Shown one piece after another: positions 1 to 10,887 of a DNA stretch of 64,000 nt (position 1 is its first letter; each line of letters begins with the position of its first letter). The stretch comes from Mustelus asterias (taxonomy: Eukaryota): contig NC_135817.1 in the NCBI RefSeq assembly GCF_964213995.1, positions 70,928,001-70,992,000 of the forward strand, read 5' to 3'. A model generated the notes under the pieces. It did no database searches. It saw only the letters and a list, made by a program, of their open reading frames with translations, and had not been told where the DNA came from. Made by a program: the position numbers and the translations under genes.

Positions 1-232
1 TCCACCCACTGAGGTATCTGTGGCCTTCACCTCCTTCCCATTCCTAACCATCACCAGCATCCCCAACCCCTTCCCCCCTCGACATTGCCCCCCCCCCTTC
101 ACCCCCGATCGTCACCAGCATGGCTGCCCCTTCCCCCCCTGCCCCCTACCCCACCTCAATCATGGCTGGCATTGCCGCCCTCCCTCCCCCCCGACCATTG
201 CCAGCAGCACCCCATCCCCCCCACCCCATCAC

Positions 233-520
233 CAGGGACCTGGGTTCGATTCCCGGCTTGGGTCACTGTCTGTGTGGAGTTTGCACATTCTCCTCGTGTC
301 TGCGTGGGTTTCCTCCGGGTGCTCCGGTTTCCTCCCACAGTCCAAAGATGTGCGGGTTAGGTTGATTGGCCATGCTAAAATTGCCCCTTAGTGTCCTGAG
401 ATGTGTAGGTTAGAGGAATTAGTGGGTAAATATGTAGGGGTATGGCCTGGGTGGGATTGTGGTCGGTGCAGACTCGATGGGACGAATGGCCTCTTTCTGT
501 ACTGTAGGGTTTCTATTCTA
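233..520 (+). mobile_element. HE1 SINE (CR1/HER1-type tail), 5'-truncated
   Basis: B box GGTTCGATTCC, V-SINE core, TCTAT tail. Confidence 0.9.
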
Positions 521-678
521 TAAATAAATCAAATCAAATAAGAATAAATTAATTTATCTGGCTTCCATTTTAAAGCAATCTCTCCACACTGAAGTTGACC
601 GTATTTATGGGCTGTAACCTTTGCTGTTGTTTTGTCTATTGAGCTTCTCTGAGAAATTTCCTGTTTGGCTTGTTGCAG

Positions 679-806
679 AAAAAATGGTTTCATCGACAAA
701 GGAATCAGCCGTGCCTGACAGTGGCCAAAGTGGGAGAGAGCAACCGAACACTGATGACACCGTCATCTACTCTCTGCTTGGTCCAGAGCTCTCTTATCAT
801 ATATAA
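679..806 (+). CDS. Probable terminal coding exon of an upstream, unidentified ITIM-bearing receptor gene
   Basis: Acceptor ttgttgcAG at 677-678, phase 1. Open frame (E)KMVSSTKESAVPDSGQSGREQPNTDDTVIYSLLGPELSYHI* is hydrophilic like a cytoplasmic tail and has VIYSLL matching ITIM (I/V/L/S)xYxx(L/V). Upstream exons lie outside the window. Confidence 0.5.
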
Positions 807-1577
807 ACAGTTTATTCAAAGACTGTAAAGTGCATTATTCAAAATGTTCAAACACTCCTCTACGCCATTTTGGAAATATCTATGGCTATCTTATATTGAC
901 GGCTATCTGATATTCCAACAAATAGAAACTCCTGTGAGCACAAAATTGGTTGACATAGCGGTGTCGCCACAGCACGAGGCCTGTCATTGCTTACTGAGTG
1001 TGGACCACACAACACCGCCAATGGTACCCTAAGCACCATTGGTGCTGAAAAAGAGCACACACCATGTGGCAGAATGCTGCGAATGGACGCTACCCTGAAA
1101 TGAAACAGCCTAACCACCCGTCTGACGTCATTCTTTCTCTTCCTGTTTTGCTGCCACATCTGTAACACCAGACGACATGTCATGTGGTCCCATTTCCTCT
1201 TCAAGGTGAATCTGGAGGGCTTCCTACCCCACCCGGGGAAACATTGCCTCCCTCCTGGAGTCCACCTCAGTGACCAAAGCTCCCAGTGCAGAATCAATGC
1301 CGGTGGTGGAGGGGGGGGGTGGGGGGGGGAGCTCCTGCTTGGCTGCTGCAGTGTTGAAGACTGGTTTTCTCTCTGGTATGAGAACAGGTGGACAGCCTCC
1401 TTTTACTAAGCACTGAGTAGCAGTCTGCCCGGGTCATGTTATTGGCTAAGCAGCTCCAGGCAGATTGACTATCAGGGAATCGATGCTGGAGTCACACAGA
1501 CTGATATAAAATTTCACAGCTGAGGTGATAAACAAAAATTGCATCGTCCCAATGTTGATCTGCATGGCTGCAGACAG

Positions 1578-1853
1578 GGGTGGCACGACAGCACAATGGT
1601 TAGCACTGCTGCTTCACAGTGTCAGGGACCCGGGTTCAATTCCCAGCTTGGGTCACTGTCTGTGTGGAGTTTGCACATTCTCCCCGTTTCTGTGTGGGTT
1701 TCCTCCGGGGGCTCCGGTTTCCTCCCACATTCTGAAAGACGTGCTGGTTAGGTGCATTGACCTGCACAGGCACCGGACTGTGGCGACTAGAGGAATTTCG
1801 CATTAACTTCATTGCAGTGTTAATGTACATCTTACTTATGACTAACCAACTTT
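1578..1853 (+). mobile_element. HE1-related SINE, alternative tail
   Basis: tRNA-like head plus core plus aacttcattgcagtgttaatgta tail. Confidence 0.88.
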
Positions 1854-2169
1854 AAAATATTATACTTTATTAAGCTGTGTCACTGCTTTTAGTGATTTGT
1901 ATTCCGTACCCTCCTCTATCCGATTCAGGCTTCCATTTTTTAAGTAATATGTGACTCCTCATCATTAATACCAAGATAATCCACACTCACCCTGTTGAAT
2001 TCATTTGCCAATAATATGCTAATTCTGCACGTTTGTTAACGTCTCTTGTAATTTCTTACAGTATTGACTAGAACAGGAGGATTTGTATGACATTAAAGTG
2101 AGATAACAAATGCATAAACAAGTCATTGCCTCAATGGTTTGCTTCTCTTTTGGTTTACAACTTTATCAC

Positions 2170-2685
2170 CCTCTCACCACCTTTTACAGATGCTCCATAG
2201 AAAGCATTCTTTCTGGTTGTATCACAGCTTGGTGTGGTTCCTGCTCTGCCCAAGACCACAAGAAACTACAAAAGTTCATGAATGAAGCCCAATCCATCAC
2301 GCAAACCAGCCTCCCATCCATTGACTCTGGCTACACTTCCTGCTGCCTCGGCAAAGCAGCCAGAATAATTACGGACCCCACGCACCCCGGACATTCTCCC
2401 TTCCACCTTCTTCCATCGGGAAAAAGATACAAAAGTCTGAGGTCACGTACCAACCAACTCAAGAACAGCTTCCTCCCTGCTGCTGTCAGACTTTTGAATG
2501 GACCTACTTTGCATTAAATTGATCTTCCTCTACATCCTAGCTATGACTGTAACACTACATTCTGCACTCTCTCCTTTCCTTCTCTATGAACGGTATCCTT
2601 TGACTGTTTAGAGTGCAAGAAACAATGCTTTTCACTGTATGCTAATACATGTGACAATAATAAATCAAATCAAATCAAATCAAAT
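2170..2685 (+). mobile_element. Rex1/Babar-type LINE 3' fragment
   Basis: LTTFYRCSIESILSGCITAW...HPGHSPFHLLPSGKRY...KNSFLPAAVRLLN; (ATCAA)n tail. Confidence 0.85.
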
Positions 2686-3454
2686 CTGTAAATAGAGTTG
2701 TGTCTTTTAGTTCAGTGACAAGTGATGTTTATGATATAATTACACTCACCTCTGTGACTTTGCACCCCTTAAACAATTATTTACTTACTGATTAATGATT
2801 CCCATCATTGTCAGGACTAAGAATGATTTACAATGAATATTTAACTTTCCACATAGTTAATATTTCTGAACTATGAGTCAGTGTAACTGTAACTGATTAC
2901 CTTATTCAGTTGTATCCCACATTATGCCAGTCACAGCCTTACCCATAAGGATATCTAAATATTCATTTGGTGTATGAAGAGAAAAGAGGGTAGACTTTCC
3001 AATGGACATGATTCAGGTCTCAATGCTTAACTCTCCAGTGTGGTCTTCTCTTGACAACATGATTATTTTTCAATAAGTCATGGATTTCTTTCAATTCTGA
3101 AAGGACGAAAGTGATAGGTTGGATTTTGCAGTCAGTTGTACAGCGATGGTGAACCAATGACATTGAATGAATCTACTCACCCACCTATCATAATTCCCAT
3201 GGTGAAAATGTCATTGCCTTATAGGAGGGTCCCCCGCCAGCATTGGCTTAAAGGCCTAAGATAAAGGCAAAATACTGCGGATGCTGGAATCTGAAATTAA
3301 AACAGAAAATGCTGGAAAATCTCAGCAGGTCCGACAGCATCTATGGAGAGAGAATAGAGCCTACGTTTCCAGTCAAGATATCCAGATTCGAAACATTGGA
3401 TCTATTCTCTCTCCACAGATGCTGTCAGACCTGCTGAGATTTTCCAGCATTTTC

Positions 3455-3830
3455 TAACCAACCTCCCATCCATTGACTCTGTCTACACTTCCCACTGCCT
3501 CAGCAAAGCAGCCAGCATAATTAAGAATGTCCACGCACCCCGGACATTCTCTTTTCTACCTTCTTCCATCAGGAAAATGATACAAAAGTCTGAGGTCACG
3601 TACCAACCAACTCAAGAACAGCTTCTTCCCTGCTACCGTCAGACATTTAAATGGACCTACCTTGCATTAAGTTGATCTTTCTCTACACCCTAGCTATGAC
3701 TGTAACACTACATTCTGCACTCTCTCCTTTCCTTCTCTATGAATGGTATGCTTTGTCTGTATAGCGCATAAGAAACAATACTTTTCACCGTATGCTAGTA
3801 CATGTGACAATAATAAATCAAATCAAATCA
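3455..3830 (+). mobile_element. Rex1/Babar-type LINE 3' fragment
   Basis: Near-identical to 2305-2685; (ATCAA)n tail. Confidence 0.85.
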
Positions 3831-4559
3831 TTGACTTCCTGCTTTGTTTTTCATTCTTTGGGATGTGAGCTGCACTGGCAAGGTTGGCATGTATCGGTTG
3901 CCCCTAATTGCCTTCAGAAAGTGGTGGTGGGCTTTTTTTCCTTGAACCACTGCCAACCATTTGAAGAAAGTGCACCTTCAGCATCACGCGGTAAGGAATT
4001 CCATAATATTGACCCAGAAACAATGGAGGAACAATGATTTACGTCCAAATCAGAATGATGTGGGGTTTGAAGAGGAACTTTGGTGGTGATGGCTTTTCCA
4101 TGCATCAGTAACCCTAATCCTTGCAGTTTGTAGAAGTTGCGGGTTTGGGATGAAACCTTGACAGCTTGCTGCACTGTATCTTGTACATCGCATACAGTGC
4201 AGCCAAGGCAACCCAGGGGTGGATAAAAAATCAATGTTTAATCTTGTCAACGGGGGTGGTTTTAATGGTGTAAATCTTATTTTCTGTCACAACTGCACCC
4301 ACACAGGCTGGAGGAGAGTGTTCGACCAGCCTCCTACCTTGGGCAGTGTAGGTGGTGGAAAGGCTCTGTGGGTCAGGGGGCGAGCTACTCAACTCAAAAT
4401 ACTCAGTACCTGACCTGTTCAATAGCACAACATTCATGTGACCTTTGAGAGCATTTCATGTCTCGCTTCTGATCAATGCCACTCATTGACTCAAACGTTG
4501 GGCCAGATTTTACAGTCAGCAACGATGCTGGGCTTGATCGCCAGTGACTCCCTTTTTGG

Positions 4560-4875
4560 GGGGCGGCTTCATGGCACAGTGGTTAGCACTGCTGCCTCAC
4601 AGCGCCAGGGATCCAGGTTCGATTCCCGGCTTGGGTCACTGTCTATGTGGAGTCTGCACGTTATCCCCGTGTCTGCGTGGGATTCCTCCGGGTGCTCCAG
4701 TTTCCTTCCACAGTCCAAAAGACGTGCTGGTTAGGTGCATTGGCCGTTTAAATTCTTCTTCAGTGTACTCGAATAGGCGCCAGAGTGTGGCAACTAGGGG
4801 ATTTTCACAGTAACTTCATTGCCGTGTTAATGTAAGCTGACTTGTGACACTAATAAATAAACTTAAACTTAAAAC
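4560..4875 (+). mobile_element. HE1-related SINE, alternative tail
   Basis: A/B boxes, core, (TAAACT)n end. Confidence 0.9.
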
Positions 4876-5032
4876 TTTTCAGTTCTCGCAGACACATCTT
4901 CCTGTCCCAGAATATCTCAACATGCTGCTCTGATGGCGACCCAATCCATCTCTCTGCTAGTGACTGGGAGCAGGCTAATGGGTCTGTAATTGTTTTAGTT
5001 AGATCTGTCCTGCTTATTGTGGAGAAGAGTTA

Positions 5033-5293
5033 TGTGATAACCCCCAGGACTTACAGGGGGAATCCCTGATTGATCTTCCTGTCGGACCTGTAGGATACGA
5101 GCTCCCTGGTGATTGGTAATTCGCATACTGAATGCTTTGTAAAGCAAGCCCCTGAGTGGGTCCATTATTGTATTGTCACGGTTGGGACCTGTTTGTGTTC
5201 ACCACAGGTTTGCTGTTTTGTTTTACTTAATTTTGTGCAATAAAGCACTGTTCTTTTACAGCTGACTCCTGGAGATACCTGTGCTATTTTCCA
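5033..5293 (+). mobile_element. Possible solo LTR
   Basis: TGTGATAA start, internal AATAAA, CA end; no clear TSD. Confidence 0.35.
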
Positions 5294-5380
5294 TATCCTC
5301 CTGCAGGAGTAGCGGCTCTAGAAAAGCTTAGCTGGGGGAGTGGCTACTTGAGGAGCAAAGGCCTCCAGCCGTTGGAATAT

Positions 5381-6477
5381 GGGGGGGATTCTCCCAGCCT
5401 GCTGTGCTGCTCTAGCAGCGCTGTGGGCTGGGAGACATTATGGAGGCTGTTTAGCAGGCTTCCCACTGTGTGCCACGGCCTCCGGGACCTGGATTTCCTG
5501 AGCCATCAGCTCCACGCCAGAAATCGGTGTGGAGCTGATTTCCATTTTAAAATTCTGATTTCCCTATCATTAGTGGGCTGAGGATTGAAGTCTCCGGGCC
5601 TGCTAGCCTCTCCCACCCCCCACCACCCCCCACCTGGAGTGGTTCACTCCAGCGGGCTTTACAACAGCGTCCCATTAATGGGGAGCTGGCGGCCTGAGCC
5701 TGCTGGAGTGAAGGGGGCCACGGAGGCCCCCCAGGAGGTCAGGGGTAAGGGGGATGCCCTTTGGGCACTGCTCGCCTGGCAGTGCCAGCCTGGCCCCCTG
5801 GCACTGCCCAAGGGGGAAAATGGCAATGCCTGGGGCATCTTGGCACTGTCCACTGGGCATTGGGCAGTGTCAAGGGGGGCAGAGGGGGCAGGGCCTATTG
5901 GAAGTGGGGTTTATTTGGCGGAGATTGGTGGGAGTGGGGGAGGAGGCGGTCCCGCTGCCACTCTGCAGTCGGGATCACGGTCAGAGAGAGGGAAAGGGCT
6001 GATCGGGGCTGGCCATCGAGGCTGGGAGGTCAGGACTGCCGGGGGGGGGGGGGGGGGGGGGGGGGTGGGGTTGGTTGGGGGGGATCAGGCTGTGTGGGGG
6101 TGGGGGAGAACATCGGAAGACGTCCGGGAGGCCAGAAAACTGAGGGTGGGGGGGGTTGGGGTCACACAGCCAGTGTTGAGTGGCTGCAGGGCTGGCCAGC
6201 GATTGGAGGCCAGCAGTGCGGGGCCACTGCGCATGTGCTGATCTGTCATAGCGGAGATTAGCGCACGCACAGTGGCCCCGCTCAGCGCTATGCTGCCGGC
6301 CTCTCCAGTGAGAATAGGCCCTGTCCCCTGGTTTTCAGCGTGAATCTCCCTGAGGCATTCTGCAGTGCACAGAGTGTGGGAGATTCACTTTGAAAATCCT
6401 GCTGAAAAAACCAGCTGGCATTCCTCCAACTTTTACGCAAATTCAACATTTAGAATTTTTTTGGGAGATTCCTGACC
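5381..6477. mobile_element. GC-rich non-autonomous DNA-transposon-like repeat, family unassigned; relatives at about 7530-8020, 19516-19880, 20668-21410, 22655-23565, 55516-56110 and 57010-57165
   Basis: Imperfect TIRs GGGNNGATTCTCCC...GGGAGATTCC. Shared GGCACTGCC/GGCAGTGCC palindromic cores and poly-G tracts; 5730-6470 aligns by eye with 20700-21410. Confidence 0.55.
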
Positions 6478-7145
6478 ATTGCCTTTCTAATAATGTCACA
6501 TGGAGTGAATGGAAGTAGCTGAAGACTGGCACTGGTGGTGATGGGAAGGTCAGGAGGATGCCTAGATGGATTGACACTTTGCTTTGCATTTTACTCTCAC
6601 GAGCTGGACTCCACCGTCGTAAGATGAGGATATTCATGGAGCTTCCATCCCCTGTTAGTTGCTTGATTGTTCGAAATGTTGGTGATAAATTAAACAGCTG
6701 ACGGGAGAGAGGGTGCCTTTATCCTCGACAGTGCTGCCGCCCTCATGTGAGTCATTTAATTTTGCACCACCAACTTGTTCTCTAACACTCACAGGTATTA
6801 TTCCAAACTGATAATGGCCAAAGTGACAAATGTTGCCATGGTTTCTTCACTGCCAAATAAAGATCGCAGTACAGGATCCCATTTCGACAAGGGTTATTCC
6901 TGTATGGGAGCAAATACAAAGTTACAAGTTCCTACTCTGGGGTGAGGCGGGTGCGGGGCGGGGGTGGCGGGGGGGGGGGCGGTCTTTAGTTTCACCTTTT
7001 CCTAATCATGATGTTTCTTCAAATAAAGTTGCCCCGGGTCATATTTACAATAAAGATCTTCTAACAGTGTGCAAGGTGTTACCCTGTATCGGGTAACACC
7101 TTGTCACGCAAGCAGAGAAATACTTGCATGTGCTGTAAGTTGACA

Positions 7146-7293
7146 AGATGTGGAGATGCCGGTGTTGGACTGGGGTGGGCACAGTAAGAAGTCTCACAAC
7201 GCCAGGTTAAAGTCCAACAGGTTTATTTGGTTGCACAATTTGTGCTACCAAATGAACCTGTTGGACTTTAACCTGGTGTTGTGAGACTTCTTA
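7146..7293. mobile_element. Fold-back Penelope pLTR fragment
   Basis: Roughly 55-bp inverted arms; flanking direct repeat CTGTAAGTTGACA (7133-7145, 7294-7306). Confidence 0.75.
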
Positions 7294-8258
7294 CTGTAAG
7301 TTGACAGAGAAGGTTCAGCAGCAAACCTATGTGGAATGAGCCAGAGATTATCTTGAAACCAGTTGCCTAACAACAGGTTGTGCCATGCTGATCTACACAA
7401 TGTGCCTGGTAATTTTATATTGTTGGCTAGGTTTACCTTGCTTCTTTCTGAAGGTGTGGCACCCTTGTATTGATTACTGAAATAAACCTATTATTAAAAT
7501 GAACTTTGGAAAAAGCAGGAGAGAATTCCACTGGTTAAATTAATTTTGGTATTTTTTAAATCAGCTACCCAGCCTGTCAGGTTAAAATATCACGGCTTCC
7601 CCTTATGCCTGGCGAGGATTATTTGGCAGCCGCGTTGCTGTGATGGTCCATTTGGCCCGTGGGACTCAATTTGAACTGACCCAAAACCCATCCACGCACA
7701 GTTAAAATCAAACCCTCAGCTTTTCTGCACCCACCTTGACACTCCCTAGTTTGGTGGGCACTGCCGGGAGGGCAGTGCCAGGGGGCAGTGCCAGGTTAGC
7801 GTGTGGGCTATACTAACCATTGTGCCCCTAGCAGGCTCCCATCGACAGCTTCCTGTTTTGCAGAAACTGATGTCATGTTGACGAGTGGGGGGGGGTAATT
7901 CCCCACCTGGGGGTATCATACGGTGGACAAGTCTCTCCCTCCCCCATTTAAATTTATTTTAATGTATTTAAATTAAAGGCGGGAGCCTCATTCCGTCATC
8001 CATTTCCTCACTGTTACTCCTGCTGATTCACTGAAAGTGATGTGTAAATTTATTTATCTACAGCACTTTAATATCAAACAAAATACTGCCGGAAACCTGG
8101 AATAAAAACAGAAAAATTCTGAAAAGACTCAGCAGGTCTAGCGGCATCTGTGGAAAGGAAAGCAGAGGGTGGAATCTTCTGATGATTTGCCAGAGTGTCA
8201 GGTTCAGTGAGAAAACTAGCATGTAGCTCTCCAGTTGCACAGCCGAGTTTTCTCTTCA

Positions 8259-9069
8259 GGTAATCAAGTCTTAAAGGCACAGACAATATGAGTGGAGAGA
8301 GGATTAAGCACAGGTTAAAGAGATGTGTATTGTTTCAGCCTCTGCAAGACGTGCCAGATCATCAACACGGATGCCATCATCTCACGTGAGAACACCATCC
8401 ACCAGGTACACGGTACATACTCTTGCAACTCGGCCAACGTTGTCTACCTGATACGCTGCAGGAAAGGATGTCCCGAGGCATGGTACATTGGAGAGACCAT
8501 GCAGACGCTACGACAACAGATGAATGAACAATCACCAGGCAGGAGTGTTCTCTTCCTGTTGGGGAACACTTCAGCAGTCATGGGCATTCAGCCTCTGATC
8601 TTCAGGTAAGCGTTCTCCAAGGCAACCTTCACGACACACGACAATGCAGAATCGCTGAGCAGAAACTGATAGCCAAGTTCTGCACACATGAGGACGGCCT
8701 CAACCAGGATCTTGGGTTCATGTCGAACTATCTGTAACCCCCACGACTTGCCTGGGCTTGCAAAATCTCACTAACTGCCCTGGCTGGAGACAATACACAT
8801 CTCTTTAACCTGTGCTTAATGCTCTCTCCACTCACATTGTCTGTACCTTTAAGACTTGATTACCTGTAAAGACTCACATTCCAACCATTATCTTGTAAAT
8901 TGAGTTTGTGTCTGTATATGCCCTGTTTGTGAACACAACTCTTCACTCACCTGAAGAAGGAGTGACACTCCGAAAGCTTATGCGACCAAATAAACCTGTT
9001 GGACTTTAACCTGGTGTTGTGAGACTTCTTACTGTGTTCACCCCAGTCCAACGCCAGCATCTCCACATC
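8259..9069 (+). mobile_element. Penelope-like element 3' part: GIY-YIG endonuclease remnant, pLTR with hammerhead motif, and inverted 5' segment
   Basis: NVVYLIRCRKGCPEAWYIGET. 8259-8340 is the reverse complement of about 8783-8865. CTGAAGA-GGAG/CTCC-GAAA at 8951-8975. Confidence 0.85.
8946..8985 (+). ncRNA. Minimal hammerhead ribozyme motif in the Penelope pLTR; further copies at 43041(+), 36646(+), about 36016-36042(-) and about 20640-20662(-)
   Basis: Core CUGANGA, 4-bp stem II, GAAA, then palindromic AAGCTT with a minimal stem III. Confidence 0.6.
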
Positions 9070-9902
9070 ACAACTTAATAGTACAAGAAAGGGTGTGTTG
9101 ATCTGGAATTTGATCTACGATACTCCCTCCGCCCTGAAACCTTCGCTTGACAGGGAATTTCAGTTCAGGAAGCTCGAATTTAAAAATGTTAAAGCTCTGT
9201 GGGTTGTGAAAGGTAATGAACAACTTAAAAGAAACTACAGGACAAGGAGGACAGACAGAAAACCTAGAAAATGTAAGTAAACTGGTTTTTAAGTCTTACA
9301 AAACGTGTAAGCAAATTCGAGTTTGAGCAGAGGTTTAGTCTTTAGTGCTGGACTTTGATTCAATAATACGCAGTTTCAGCAACATTCCTTTTCATAAGAC
9401 TTCGGTGAGGTTTCAGTGAGAGAGTGCTCTTCAAGCAAGCACTTGAAATGCAAAATAAAAACAGGGAAGTAGTGGAAATACTCAACAGGTCTGGCACCAG
9501 CTGTGATTTTGAGCCGAATATGACTCTTCTTCGGAACTGAAGAAAAACTGCTGGAGTTGTCAGCGGCCAGTACTGTCCTCAAGGCAGCTATTTATTTCTT
9601 AACCTGATTGGGTCCACTGATGCCCACAGATGCACAGTTTCCTAGGAGCAAAAAATGACTTTATTCCTCCCCAACCTGACAACATTGAACTATTTGGAAT
9701 TCCTACTGTCGGCCAGGCTGAGAAAAGAAAATGTAATAGAATTCAGCGTTCAATCCTGGGATCTTTTTAATATCCAGTACTCAGCCAGTAACAAACTAAA
9801 TTGTCATCAGAACACTTGCAGCACTACAGAATTAACACCAGCTTCTAGAAATTTCCTTTGGAATTTTCCCTATTGTTCAGGCTGGAAGGAGGTATGTGTT
9901 TA

Positions 9903-10243
9903 GAATCATAGAGTGGCGATAGAATATAATCACTGCAGTACAGAAAGAGGCCATTCGGCCCATCTGGCATGCACTGACAACAGTCCCACCCAGGCCCTAT
10001 CCCCGTAACCCTCATGTATATACCCTGCTAAACCCCTTTGCACTAAGGGTCAATTTAGCATGGCCAATCAACCTAACCCACGCAACTTTGGATTGTGGGA
10101 GGAAACCGGAGCACCCAGAGGAAACCCACACAGACACGGCGAGAAGGTGCTAACTCCACACAGACAGTAGCCCAAGGCCAGAATTAAACCCAGGCCCCTG
10201 GCGCTGTGAGGCGGCAGTGCTAACCACTGTGCCACCTTGCTGC
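9903..10243 (-). mobile_element. HE1 SINE (CR1/HER1-type tail)
   Basis: Reverse-complement copy of head, core and tail. Confidence 0.88.
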
Positions 10244-10887
10244 CCAGCACAGAAGGAGGTTATTCGGTCTGTGATGTGCATATCAGCGCTCTGCGAGAGC
10301 AATTCACCGAGACCACACCCCTTGGCGTTTCCCATTTCATTTCAGATCATTATCCAATTTTCACTCAAAGGATTTGATTGAATCTGCCTCCACTACACTT
10401 GATTATGCTGGCTGCTTTGCCGAGGCAGCGGGAAGTGTAGACAGAGTCAATGGATAGGAGGCTGGTTTGCGCAATTTATTGTAAATAAATTCAGCCTTTG
10501 GATGAGTTTAAAAGCTATCCTTAACCCACTGCTAGAGCTGAAGGGAGAGAGAAATATGACAAAAAGAAAGGGGAATGAATTTCAACATTCAGGTATAATA
10601 AGCTTATAGGTAATTAATGAAATATTATAGCCCTCAGCCCTGCTTAACAGCCTTAAATGGATGGTACAAGAGAATAGCCTGCTGTATCATTTGTAAGGAT
10701 TTAACCTTTTACTAGTACAGTATCAGATGTGACAGGGATAGTTCTGAAATGGAGCAAGTTTATTGTAAAAGAGACAGGACAAATTGAAGTCCAGGCAGGG
10801 ATTTACTGATCAATGAGAGCTATATACTGCCTGCATCAAGAGTGGACAGAGGAACTCACCACTTCCTTTGCTTTGGTCGCCAGGTCT

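Noticed and set aside
20-391. Recurrent ORFs such as LGSLSVWSLHILLVSAWVSSGCSGFLPQS
   Set aside because: Translations of HE1 SINE copies, not genes.
5585-6261. Long Gly/Pro-rich ORFs (also 20632-21252, 22772-23341)
   Set aside because: They arise from the GC-rich repeat family; open in several frames with no domain motifs.
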